DNA of 64,000 nucleotides from assembly GCA_028826165.1 (NCBI GenBank), contig JAPDFW010000055.1:124001-188000 (forward strand), given 5' to 3'. This stretch comes from Anaeramoeba ignava BMAN. Its lineage: Eukaryota > Protista > Anaeramoebae. Shown here piece by piece: positions 1-13,229 of this stretch (the first letter of the stretch is position 1; every line of letters begins with the position of its first letter). The position numbers and the translations under genes are program-made. The notes under the pieces were generated by a model. The model was not told where the DNA came from. It searched no databases and was given only the letters and a program-made list of their open reading frames with translations.

Positions 1-240
1 ATATTTAATATTTTAAATCAATTTAATATTTAATATTTAATATTTTAATCAATTTAATCAATTTAATCAATTAAATCAATTTAATATTTAATCAATTTAA
101 TCAATTTAATCAATTTAATATTTAATCAATTTAATCAATTTAAATCAATTTAATCAATTTAATCAATTTAAATCAATATTTAAATCAATATTTAAATCAA
201 TTTAATATTTAATATTTAATCAATTTAATATTTTATTTAT
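1..240. repeat. (TTTAATCAA)n-like AT satellite, probably the end of an intron of an upstream gene
   Basis: Degenerate 9-10 bp repeat ending at ...ttattag (247), followed by a short possible terminal exon (IVSNQKSGMLL*). Confidence 0.5.
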
Positions 241-391
241 TTATTAGATTGTTAGTAACCAAAAAAGTGGAATGCTTTTATGATTTTATTTGTTTTTTTT
301 TTTGGATTTTTTTTTTGAAAATCATTTTTTTGAAAATCATTTTTTTGAAAATCATTTTTTTCTTTTTATATTTTTTTATATAAACAAAAAA

Positions 392-2810
392 ATGCAAAAC
401 AATATTTTTCCTTTTTCTTTTTTACTTCCAAAAATTGAAGAAAGAAAAACTAATTCAATTCAAGATCTTCTTGTTGTATTTGAAGAAAATTATAAAAGGA
501 ATTTTTTTACACTTTCAAAAAAAAAAGGAATTTTTAAAGAAAATTTTGTTTTTATTTTTAAAACAAATGAAGAAGAACAAAATTTAATTGAAAATTTTAT
601 TCAAGGAAAAGAAAAGGAAAAATTATTTGAATTTAAATCTCAAAAATTTTTCAAAATGAAAAAGAAAATTAAAAGAAAATTTAAATTTGAAAAATTAAAC
701 TTTGAAAATAAAATGAAAATGAAAATGAAAATGAAAATCAAAATCAAAATCAAAATCAAAATCAAAATGAAAAATGAAAATAAAAATTGAAAATGAAAAT
801 GAAAATCAAAATCAAAATCAAAATCAAAATCAAAATCAAAATCAAAATCAAATTCAAAATCAAAATTTAAATGAAAATCAAAATGAAAATCAAAATGAAA
901 ATCAAAATCAATTTCAAAATCAAAATGAAAATCAAAATGAAAATGAAAATGAAAATCAAAATGAAAATCAAAATCAAAATGAAAATCAAAATCAAAATCA
1001 AAATCAAAATCAAAATCAAAATCAAAATCAAAATCAAAATCAAAATCAAAATCAAAATCAAAATCAAAATGAAAATCAAAATCAAAATCAAAATCAAAAT
1101 CAAAATCAAAATCAAAATCAAAATCAAAATCAAAATCAAAATCAAAATCAAAATCAAAATCAAAATCAAAATCAAAATCAAAATCAAAATCAAAATATAA
1201 ATCAAAATCAAAATCAAAATCAAAATCAAAATCAAAATGAAAATCAAAATCAAAATCAAAATGAAAATGAAAATCAAAATCAAAATCAAAATCAAAATCA
1301 AAATCAAAATCAAAATCAAAATCAAAATCAAAATCAAAATCAAAATCAAAATGAAAATGAAAATGAAAATGAAAATCAAAATCAAAATGAAAATCAAAAT
1401 CAAAATCAAAATCAAAATCAAAATCAAAATCAAAATCAAAATCAAAATGAAAATCAAAATCAAAATCAAAATCAAAATCAAAATGAAATTGAAAATGAAA
1501 ATGAAAATGAAATTCAAATTCAAAATGAAAATCAAAATCAAAATCAAAATGAAAATCAAAATGAAAATCAAAATCAATTTCAAAATCAAAATGAAAATAA
1601 AGATGAAAATGAAAATGAAAATGAAAATGAAAATGAAAATCAAAATGAAATTGAAAATCAAAAATTTTCAAAATCAAAAATCAAAATCAAAATCAAAATT
1701 TCGGAGAAATGAAAATCAAAATCAAATTTCAAAATCAAAATTAAAATGAAAATTCAAAACCAAATCAAAATCAAAAAAATCAAATTCAAAATGAAAATGA
1801 AAATGAAATTTTCAAAAAAAAATCAAAATCAAAATCAAATTGAAAATGAAAAAAAATTCAAAATGAATCAATCAAAATTTCATCATTTTATTTTAAATGA
1901 AAATTTCAAAATAAAAATATCTTGAAAGATTATAAAAAAATTCAATCAAAAATTTAAATTCTTAACTTTTCATGAAATTTCCCAAATTGATGAAATTTTC
2001 CAAAAATTTAATCAAAATCAAATTGAAAATAAAAATTTAAGTGAATCAATCTTTCATCATTTTATTTATGAAGATTTAATAAAATATCTTGAAAGAGAAA
2101 ATGAACCAGAAAATCAAAAATTTATTGAAACTTTCCAAAAAATTAAATTTTTACAAAAATATTCAGAAAAACAATTTAAAATCAATGAAGAAAAGAAGAA
2201 AGTAATAGAAGATAATTTACAGAAATTAAATCAAATAAAAACTCCATTAGGAAAAATTGAATTGATTGAAAAAATACTTTCTAATTTTTTGAAGAATTTT
2301 GAAGAAAAAAAAAAAGATTCAAGATTGCTTTGTTTTATAGGTTTAATTGGATGTTCAAATATCAAAAATATTCAAACAAATTTAAAATATATTGTTCTTT
2401 TTTGCGATCTTTCACAAAATCCAAAATATTTACCATTAAAAGAAGAAATTGAAATGATTTTAAATTTGGATCAAAATTTTCAAAATCCAAAATTTTCAAA
2501 AGAAATTCGAGCTGAATTTCTTGTTCGTAATTTAAATGAAAATTTACAAAGAAAGGAATACAGAAATAAAAACACAATCTCTTATGCTTTTGAAATTTCT
2601 GATTTTGATACTTTTCAAGAAGATTTAGAAAAAGAAAATGATAAAGAAAAAAATGATAAAGAAATTGAAAATGATATTTTGAATAAAATTTCTCCATTTG
2701 ATTTTCAAGAAGTTTTTGAAGAAATTATGGAAACTTTTAAAGATTTTGAAGGAGAAATAAAAACAGAAGAAGAATTAAAAGAAGAATTAAAAAATTTGAT
2801 TAAATTTTAA
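392..2810 (+). CDS. VPS9-domain (Rab5 GEF-like) protein with a long poly-NQ/NE tract; frameshifted in the repeat (likely assembly errors)
   Basis: ATG at 392 (MQNNIFPF...); C-terminal LQKLNQIKTPLGKIELIEKI...D.RLL.FIGLIG.SNIKNIQTNLKYIVLF matches the VPS9 helical pattern. Confidence 0.65.
712..1860 (+). repeat. (AAAATC/AAAATG)n hexamer microsatellite encoding NQ/NE dipeptides
   Basis: Directly visible ~1.1 kb hexamer array inside the VPS9 gene. Confidence 0.95.
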
Positions 2811-2943
2811 AGACGAAAAGAGAATTATTTTTTTTGTTATTTAAATTCTTCTTTTTTGAAATAAAATTTTTTTAAAAGAAAAAGAAAAGAAACGAATTAA
2901 AAGAATATTTGATTTGAAAGAAGGAAATGAAAGGGAAAAAGAA

Positions 2944-5900
2944 TTAGTCAATAAAAGTACTGCAAATATTTTTAACTTCATGTCTTATTGTTGCAATATT
3001 TGTTGTTAATTTTGTAAAACGAGGATCATTTCCAAACATAACTTTAATTAATTCTAAAGATCTTGAATAATAAAACATTAATTGAGCAATAACTAATCGA
3101 AGAGCAGCTGATCCATTATTATAATTGCTAAATCCTGTTAAGATTTCTTCATTAATGCTTTTGATAGCGTCTCTCCAATTGTTGGAAAAATTTTGGAGAA
3201 GTTTTTCAATAATTTCTGCTTTAACTAACGGTTCTTTCAATTTTTTTAATGATTTATGAATATTTTGTGATATTGAAAGAGATGGATTTTTTTCATTTTT
3301 TTGGTTTTCTTGAATTTTTTGAATTTGTCTATTTTCTTTAATTTCTTTATTTTCTTTATTTTCTTTAATTTCTTTAATTTCTTGATTTGTTTCAATTTTT
3401 TCATTTGTTTCAATTTTTTCAATTTTTTGATTTTTTTCATTTTTTTGATTTTTTTGATTTTTGTTTCGATGGCTTCTTTTCTTCCTTTTATTTCCCTTCT
3501 TTTCCTTCTCCATATTTTCTGCAATTGCAAATTCAGTTGTTTTTACAAACCTAATCAATTCATCAAAATAATCTCTCAAAATTTCTTCTGAATAAATTGT
3601 TCTTTGTTCTTCTAATAAAATGGTAAATCTTTCTGATTCTTCAGAAACAATTTGGTTCTGTTCCAAAACATTCATGATCAAATCATAATTGTTGATTAAA
3701 AATAAGGCTTGGACTTTCAAGGAATCAAAACTTAAAGCGAATTTGTTTAAAAAATTCTCAATTTCCAAGCGCAAAGTATTAAGAGGCGCAATAATATTTT
3801 CAGATTTGAAAAACTTGTTTAATTTTAAAAGAGAAGTTGTGAATTCAATGTATTTTCTTGTGAGAAAATGCGGAGGAGTTCCGCCAGTGGCTAACTTCAA
3901 ATCCGCTGTTTTTTTTGATTTTTTTGAACTTGTATTCTTTTGGGGAAAAGCAGAATTTTTTCTTGATAATTTTGACATTTCAAAATCAATATTTGTAGAA
4001 AGAGTAGAAGATAAATTTTGAACACTAAGAATATGGTCATCAAAAATAGCACGGAATCGTTGCCAAAGAATAGATTCCAAATTTTGGAAATATTGCTCAA
4101 GAATCGTGTTTTTTTTCTCTTGCATAATTGCACGACTTCTTTGAATAAGTTGAATCATAATAAATATTCCAATTGCATCATAATTAGTGTTAAAATATCG
4201 AGTGAATTCTTCCTGCAAAAATAAAATAGAGTTTGAAAGCACATTTACAGAGATGTGTGCGCTGTTGAAAAATTGGATGCTAAACATCAATTCATTATCA
4301 GCCATTTCTGCTAAAGAGCAATTAATGCTGCTGAAGATGTCCTCGTAGTTGTGTTTGATTTTTTTTTGGATCGAATCCTTAATGTTTATTGTTTGCGGCT
4401 TTTGTTTTAAAATTTCAGCCCGCACTCCAAGCGTAAATACATTAGTGTACATCTTCGAACTCTTTACATTTTTTGAGACGTTTTTCTTTCCAAGAAGATC
4501 ATTGCTTGTTGCCGATTGTTTGATGATCTTTTTGGACGATCTTGTGTAGGATTTGAAATATTCTTGGTAATTTTTGCCAATTATTTCCGTGTATAAATTG
4601 CAAAGTTCTTCGTAGATTTGCTTGGAATAAGCCTTGATAAACCGCGCGAATTCTGAATACTTTGAAATTAGTTCTTGTTTAAGTGAATCATGATTTTGTT
4701 GCGGTTTTTTAAAGAGTTGGAATTTTCTTTCCAAAAAAATTTTCAATCTTTCTGATGATTTTTGGCAAACTTCCCTTAATTTAGGGATACTTTCATTTAT
4801 AGAAACCACATTTGTTTGGGAATGGTGTGTTTCTTGTGTTTGATTATTGTTGTTATCCTGTTGCATTTCAATTGGTTTTGGAGTGAGAGTATTTTCATTT
4901 TTTTGGTTGAAATTTTTTTGGTAAAAAAGAAAGTTCATTTTATTATCCAAAATCTTCAAAAGCTGAATATAATTTTGGTCGATTTCATCATAAAGAATTT
5001 TGGAGATTAAATTTTCTGAAATTTCTACATTTTGGATAAAGTTTGTTAATTTTGCTTCTATTTTTCTTCTGTTGACTAATTGCACATTCATTGACATGCT
5101 TTCTTCTTGAAGTGTTTTAATTTCTGATGAAATGGATCCTAAATTGATTTGAAATCCGTTGAGCATGATTTCCATTTTTGAAAGAATTGAATCGCATTCT
5201 TTGATTTCTTGAAATAATTTTGCTGTGTTATCTGCTTGGTTCATGTAATCATCTATTGATTGTATTTCTATTTCGCGAAGTTCGTTTTCCATTTGTTTTG
5301 AGTATTTTCTGAGGTCTACTCCTTTTTCCAATGCGTTTTTAACTAGTGGTTCTTGTTGGAATTTAGTGATATCGTCTTTTATTTTCAAAATGAATTTTCA
5401 AAATGAAATAAATTTTAATTTTAAAATGAATTTTCAAAATGAATTTTAATTTTAATTTGAATTTGAATTTGAATTCTAATTTTAATTTTTTAATTTAAAT
5501 TTCAATTTTAATTTCAATTTTAATTTCTAATTTTAATTCTAATTTTAATTTTAATTTTAATTTTAATTTTAATTTTAATTTTAATTTTAATTTTAATTTT
5601 AATTTTAATTTTAAAATGAATTTTCAAAATGAATTTTAATTTTAATTTTAATTTTAATTTTAATTTTAATTTTAATTTTAATTTTTTTAAATTTTAATTT
5701 TAATTTTAATTTTAATTTTAATTTTAATTTTAATTTTAATTTTAATTTTAATTTTAATTTTAATTTTAATTTTAATTTTAATTTTAATTTTAATTTTAAT
5801 TTTAATTTTAATTTTTAATTTTAATATTAATTTTAATATTAATTTTAATTTTAAATTTTAATTTTAATTTTAATTTTAATTTTAATTTTAATTTTAATTT

Positions 5901-6390
5901 TAATTTTAATTTTAATTTTAATTTTAATTTTAATTTTAATTTTAATTTTTAATTTTAAATTTTAATAATTTTAATTTAAATTTCAAAATAGATTTCATGT
6001 AATTGTTAAAAAAAATTTACCATCCATTTCATCAAAACAAATATCTTGTGTTGTAATATTAAGATTTTCAAAATTAAAATCTTCAAAATTTTCCATAATT
6101 GATTTTTCATTTGAATTTTTTATAATTAAATTTGAATCATAATCAATTCTTTTCTTTTGATTTGAAATGTTTGAATCTTTTTGAAATAGAATTTGTTTGT
6201 CTTTTTCAAGTTTTTCATCATCACTATCGATATTATTATTTTGATTTAAATTTTGATTTTTTTGATTTTTTTGATTTTTTTGATTTTTTTCATTTAAATT
6301 TTCATTTTTTGAAAGATTTCCAAATAAAGCATTTCTTTGTTCTTCAATTAATTCATTATCCATTTCAATATCCAAATTATTATCAGACAT
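2944..6390 (-). CDS. VPS52: GARP/EARP complex subunit Vps52; exons 6390-6021 and 5375-2944, intron 5376-6020 filled with (AAAATT)n
   Basis: LVKNALEKGVDLRKYSKQMENELREIE..SIDDY..CDSILSKMEIMLNGFQINLGSISSEIKTLQE, PHFLTRKYIEF and FLINNYD motifs; GT..AG splice restores the frame (EMD|DDITKF). Confidence 0.95.
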
Positions 6391-6506
6391 TTTTTCTTTT
6401 AAAATAAAAAATAAAATAAAAAAGGAAAAAAATGAAAAAAATAAATTTAATTTAATTAATTTTTTTTTTAAAACAAAAACAAAAACAAAAACAAAAAAAA
6501 AATTAA

Positions 6507-8269
6507 TTAAATTTTTGAATTAATTAATTGAGCTTCCCAAAAAATTGATTGAGATTTAGAATCTGCAGCTGTTGTAATCATTACAATTGTGTTTGCTTTC
6601 AATTCTTTTGAGATTTGCTTGTCATAAACTTTCTTTAACATTTTTGTTGCTTGATTACTTATTGACCAAATGTGTAATATTTGTCTTTTAAATTTTGGAA
6701 ACTGAACGTTTTTATTTGAGCAAATTACTCCATAAAGTTTTTTTTCAAGTAATCTTTTAGCATCTTCTTCTTCAAAATCTGAACCTGGTGGAAATTTCAT
6801 TGCTCGTGTTACACTAACTCCAAGATTAACTCCTTTGATTGAAACTACATAATCTGTAATTTTACCTTCAGGATAATATCTAATTTCCTATTTATTTAAA
6901 ATTTATATTTAAATTTAATTAATTAAATATAAAAATTTTTTTTCCGATTTTTAAAAATATTTAAATTTATATTTATATTTATTTTATATTTATATTTATA
7001 TTTAATATTTATATTTATATTTATATTTATATTTATATTTATATTTATATTTATATTTATATTTATATTTATTATATAATTATATTTATATTTATATTTA
7101 TATTTATATTTATATTTATTTATTATTTATATTTATATTTATATTTATATTTATATTTATATTTATATTTATATTTATATTTATATTTATATTTATATTT
7201 ATATTTATATTTATATTTATATTTATATTTATATTTATATTTATATATTTTATAATATTTATATTTATATTTATATTTATATTTATATTTATATTTATAT
7301 TTATATTTTTTTTATATTTTATATTTATATTTATATTTAAATTTATATTTATATTTATATTTATATTTTTATATTTATATTTTGATTTATATATTTTACA
7401 TATTTTTATATTTATTTTTAAAAGTTTTTTTATTTTAAAGATATTTTCAAAACTTCAAAAGACATATATTCACTTTATATTTTGATTTATAAGTTTATAT
7501 ATTTACAGCATGTGCTTAAAAAAGTTTTATTTTAAAAGAATTTTTCAAAGCTTCAAAAAGACATAAATTAAATAATAAAAATAAATAAAATAAATAAAAT
7601 AAATAAAATGAAAAATTATTAATAAAATTATTTTTCCGAATTTTAATTTTAATTTTCAAAATGAATTTTAATTATTTTAATTATAAAAATAAATACCCTT
7701 CAGAAAGTGCAATTCTCCCAAGACGTTTGAAAGGCTTAAACACATTATAATGAGCAAAAGGGGAACGCCGCTGACTCTTCTCAATAAAACGAGGAGAAAT
7801 TTTTTGGGAAGAAGAAAATTGAATCAAAAGAAACGAATGATGGACAAGAGTATTTTTGGCAACAAATTGGACAACACCTGAGCGCTTTGGGGTAATCTTT
7901 GCCCTTGGATTTATTTGCTTTGGATAAACTACTTTCCCCGCTGAGCGAGGATATTTCACTTGTACTTTCGAGTTCGGAAATGATTGTTGTCGGTTGTTTT
8001 CCGTTATTTTTGGATCTTTCCCGAATACAATATCTTCCTTTATTTTCTCTTGGTTTCCAAACAAAATACTCTTTTCGAGAATCGCGAACCAACGATCGCA
8101 GATGATAATGCCGGCGTTGCAAGGAACAAATATGCGTCGTTGTGCTTGTAATTGTCGTTGTCGTTGTCGTGTTGTTGTTGTTGAGAATAATCGAATTTGA
8201 CATTGATGTAATTCTGTTGTTTCGTTTGCTTCGGTACATTGATTTGTTATTTTGTTTTGACATTGACAT
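6507..8269 (-). CDS. AAC4-like protein (Dictyostelium AAC-rich mRNA clone AAC4 family); clean last exon 6887-6507, upstream exons look error-ridden
   Basis: [54 protein letters not shown] is typical of this family; degenerate MSFE(A/V)LK exon relics at ~7425-7465 and ~7520-7565; 5' exon 7698-8269 is frameshifted. Confidence 0.65.
6960..7400. repeat. (TTTATA)n intronic microsatellite
   Basis: Directly visible hexamer array. Confidence 0.9.
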
Positions 8270-8459
8270 TTTTTTGTTGTAAGTTTTTAATTTAATTTAA
8301 TTTAATTTTAAAAAATTGAGAATTAAATAATAAAATAAAAAATAAAATAATAATAAATTTGTTTTTTTTTCAAAAGAAAAAATGATCAAAATATTTTTCC
8401 TTTTTAATTTGTTTTTATTGAAATACGTCATTTACTCAAGTTTACTAATTTTTTTCCCA

Positions 8460-10175
8460 TTCATTTTATATTTAAAATATTTTATTAATTTTATATTAAT
8501 TTTTAAATAATAATTAATAAATAATTTATTTATAAATATTATTTATTTCTTATTTTAAAAACAATCTAAATAAATAATAAATAATTTATATTAAATTTCA
8601 TGTTTATTTTATATTTAAAATATTTTATTAATTTTATATTAATTTATAAATAATAATTAATAAATAGTTTATTTATAAATATTATTTATTTCTTATTTTA
8701 AATATAATCTAAATAAATAATAAATAATTTATATTAAATTTCATGTTTATTTTATATTTAAAATATTTTATTAATTTTATATTAATTTTTAATTCATAAT
8801 TAATAAATAATTTATTTATAAATATTATTTATTTCTTATTTTAAAAATATAATCTAAATAAATAATAAATAATTTATATTAAATTTTATGTTTATTTTAT
8901 ATTTAAAATATTTTATTAATTTTATATTAATTTTTAATTCATAATTAATAAATAATTTATTTATAAATATTATTTATTTCTTATTTTAAATATAATCTAA
9001 ATAAATAATAAATAATTTATATTAAATTTCATATTCATTTTATATTTAAAATATTTTATTAATTTTATATTAATTTTTAAATAATAATTAATAAATAATT
9101 TATTTATAAATATTATTTATTTCTTATTTTAAAAAATAATATAAATAAATAATAAATAATTTATATTAAAATTTCATGTTTATTTTATATTTAAAATATT
9201 TTATTAATTTTATATTAATTTTTAAATAATAATTAATAAATAATTTATTTATAAATATTATTTATTTCTTATTTTAAAAATAATCTAAATAAATAATAAA
9301 TAATTTATATTAAATTTTATGTTTATTTTATTATTTAAAATATTTTATTAATTTTATATTAATTTTCTAAATAATAATTAATAAATAATTTATTTATAAA
9401 TATTATTTATTTTTATTTTAAATAAAACCAAAAATTATTTTTCATTTTTTTTTTTTTAAAATTTTCATTTTTCATTTTTCTAAATTTTGTTCTTGATTTT
9501 TTTTTTTTAAAAAAAAACTTAAATTTAAATTTTTATTTTTAGAAAATGTTTATTTTATAGAAAAATATTTTATTATTTTATAACTAAAAAAATTAAAAAT
9601 AAAATTTATAAATATTATTTAATTTATTTTTAAAAAATATTAAATAAAAATAAATTTATTTAAATTTCAAAAATTTTCTTATTAAAATGCTGATTATTTT
9701 TTTAAATTTCTAAATAATAATTAATAAATAATTTATTTATAAATAAATTTTATTTCTTATTTTAAAAATAATATAAATAAATAATAAATAATTTATATTA
9801 AATATTTTATGTTTATTTTATATTTAAAAATATTTTATTAATTTTATATTTAATTTCTAATTCATAATTAATAAATAATTTGTTTTTAATATTATTTCTT
9901 ATTTTTAAATACAATCTAAATAAATAATAAATAATTTATATTAAATTTCATGTTCAATTTAATTATTTAATATAATTAAAATTAATAAATAATTTATTTT
10001 AAATATTATTTATTTCTTATTTAAAAAAAAATATAAATAAATAATAAATAATTTATATTAAATTTCATGTTTATTTTCTTATTTAAAATATTTTATTAAT
10101 TTTATATTAATTTATAATTCATAATTAATAAATAATTTATTTATAAATATTATTTATTTCTTATTTTAAATACAA
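8460..10175. repeat. ~144 bp AT-rich minisatellite (about 10 copies, interrupted at ~9420-9700)
   Basis: TT(C/T)AT(G/A)TT anchor recurs at ~8598, 8741, 8885, 9029, 9174, 9318 and again from ~9800 to 10070. Confidence 0.9.
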
Positions 10176-10293
10176 AACCAAAAAATTATTTTTTTTCTTT
10201 TTTTTTTTCTTTTTTTCATTTTCATTTTTTTTCATTTTCTTTTTGTTCTTGATTTTCTTTTTAAAACTTTAATTTAATTTTTCTTTTTAGAAA

Positions 10294-13046
10294 ATGGTAG
10301 AGAAAAAAAAATATTTATTATTTTATAACAAAAACAAAAGCAAAATTGATTAAATTTATTAAATGAAAATTTTATAAAAATAGAAATTTAAATTTTGTGG
10401 AGGACTTGATGCACCTGATTGGCTTCTTGCTGAAATTATGACTCTTTCCAAAATGGTTTTTATTGATTTCTACAACAAAATTTAATACACAATTTATTAC
10501 AAAATTTATTACAAAATTTAATACAATATTTATTTATATATTTAATACAAAATTTAATATAATATTTATTTATATATTTAATATAATATTTAATATAATA
10601 TTTAATATAAAATTTAATATAAAATTTAATACAAAATTTAATACAATATTTAATATAATATTTAATACAATATTTAATATAAAATTTAATATAAAATTTA
10701 ATATAAAATTTAATATAATATTTAATACAAAATTTAATATAATATTTATTTATATATTTAATATAAAATTTAATATAAAATTTAATATAAAATTTAATAC
10801 AATATTTAATATAAAATTTAATATAAAATTTAATACACAAATTTAATATAAAATTTAATACAAAATTTAAAACAAAATTTAATATAATATTTAATATAAT
10901 ATTTAATATAAAATTTAATATAAAATTTAATATAAAATTTAATATAATATTTAATATAAATTTAATATAAAATTTAATATAAAATTTAATAATATTTAAT
11001 ATAATATTTAATATAATATTTAATATAATATTTAATATAATATTTAATATAATATTTAATATAATATTTAATATAATATTTAATATAATATTTAATATAA
11101 TATTTAATATAATATTTAATATAATATTTAATATAAATATTTAATATAATATTTAATATAATATTTAATATAATATTTAATATAAAATTTAATACAATAT
11201 TTAATATAAAATTTAATATAAAATTTAATATAATATTTAATATAAAATTTAATATAATATTTAATTAAATAATAATTAATTTAATATTTTAATATAATAT
11301 TTAATATAATATTTAATATAATATTTAATATAATATTTAATATAAAATTTAATATAATATTTAATATAATATTTAATATAATATTTTAATAATATTTAAT
11401 AAAATTATTTATAAAATATTTATATTTATAATATTTAATATAATATTTAATATAATATTTAATATAATATTTAATATAAAATTTAATATAATATTTAATA
11501 TTTAATATAAAATTTAATATAATATTTAATATAAATTTAATATAAAATTTAATATAATATTTAATATAAAATTTAATATAATATTTAATATAAAATTTAA
11601 TATAAAATTTAATATATTTAATATAATATTTAATATAATATTTAATAATATAATATTTAATATAAAATTTAATATAATATTTAATATAATATTTAATATA
11701 ATATTTAATATAATATTTAATATAATATTTAATATAATATTTAATATAATATTTAATATAATATTTAATATAATATTTAATATAATATTTAATATAATAT
11801 TTAATATAAAATTTAATATAATATTTAATATAAAATTTAATATAAAATTTAATATAAAATTTAAAACAAAATTTAAAACAAAATTTAATATAAAATTTAA
11901 AAGTCTTCTGTTAAAATGAAACTACTTTGTGTTGAAGTAATTCATAGAATATTAAAACAAGATACTTCATATGAAAAAATTACAAAAATGACATCAAATC
12001 TTGAAAGTATTAACAAAAAAAAAACGGAAAATAAATCATTTTATTCATTGAGTTGTTTATATTTTTTGATTTTTAGATGAAAGTGATGTTAAAGGAGCAG
12101 TTGCTGCTCTTCATTTTATTCTTTCAAGTTCAGCAAAATTTGATGTTGAACCAAATATTGTTTCAACTGAATTACAACAATTAGGTTTACCAAAAGGTAG
12201 TTTTCAAATCAATATCAATTTAAATCAAAAATATTTAAATCAAAAATATTTAAATCAAAAATATTTAAATCAAAAATATTTAAATCAAATATATTTAAAT
12301 CAAAAATATTTAAATCAAAAATATTTAAATCAATATCAATTTAAATCAATAATATTTATATCAAATATATTTAAATCAAAAATATTTAAATCAAAAATAT
12401 TTAAATCAAATATATTTAAATCAAAAATATTTAAATCAAAAATATTTATATTAAATATATTTAAATCAAAAATATTTAAATTAAATATGAAAAAATAAAT
12501 TTATAGAACATTGTGAATCATTAATTAGACCATACAGAGAACAAAAAGAAGCTATTCAAGCAAAATTTGTTGAAGAAAGTTTAAGATGTATTTTAATTTT
12601 AAATTTAATTTTAAATTTAAATTTAATTTTAATTTTAATTTTAATTTGGATTTTGATTTTAAATTTAATTTTAATTTTTAAATTTAATTTTAATTTTAAA
12701 TTTAATTTTAATTTTAATTTTAATTTTAATTTTAATTTTAATTTTAATTTTAATTTTAATTTTAATTTTAATTTTAATTTTAATTTTAATTTTAATTTTA
12801 ATTTTAATTTTGAAAAATAAATTAGTAACAAAAGTTAAAAATGTTGAATGGAGAAGTGATTATATCATTTCAGCAAATAAAACAGAAGTTCAAAAACCAG
12901 TTATTCAATTAAAATTAGATTTGACAGATTTTTCAGAAAATTCTCAAAACACAAAAAAAATTTCTTTTGAAATTAATGATGAAAAATTCAAATTATTATT
13001 AAATGATTTAAATGAAGCAAAAGATTTAATGAAGAAATTTCAATAG
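10294..13046 (+). CDS. COMMD4: COMM domain protein 4; exons 10294-10296, 10384-10455, 11904-12006, 12077-12196, 12507-12587, 12826-13046 (600 nt, 199 aa)
   Basis: [66 protein letters not shown]; all five GT-AG introns keep the frame. Confidence 0.95.
10470..11900. repeat. 12-bp (ATATTTAATATA)-type satellite filling COMMD4 intron 2
   Basis: Directly visible. Confidence 0.9.
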
Positions 13047-13229
13047 AAAAGAAATTCATTCAATTAAAAGAAAAAACAAACAAACAAACAAACTCAATTT
13101 AATTCAATTTGAAATTGATGAAAAATTAAGAAAAAAAAATATTCTTTTTCTTTTCAAAAAAAATTAAAAAATAAAAAATCGGAAAAAATCATTTTCATTT
13201 TTTTCTTTCATTCAATTTGAATTTTAAAT

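Noticed and set aside
640-1749. Long ORFs of FD/IL/IK dipeptides (also 10460-10846, 12556-12831, 16240-16806, 41669-41863, 48467-49054, 56192-58733)
   Set aside because: Stop-free shadow frames of microsatellites, or intronic repeats; not genes.
3700-5380. Locally higher GC/CpG in VPS52 (and 7700-8270) as a sign of foreign DNA
   Set aside because: VPS52 is a core eukaryotic gene with a normal intron; the difference fits ordinary codon-usage variation.
7681-7800. Overlapping ORFs with TGA, suggesting an antizyme-like programmed frameshift or selenocysteine
   Set aside because: Downstream exons are AAC4-like, not antizyme; the neighbouring exon is duplicated and garbled, which points to a low-quality consensus.
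8460-9420. Regular repeats as a possible CRISPR array
   Set aside because: Tandem units without unique spacers, eukaryotic context, and no cas genes.
9420-9700. Degenerate second copy of the COMMD4 upstream/first-exon region
   Set aside because: Looks like a noisy assembly duplicate blended with the satellite; cannot be called a real pseudogene.
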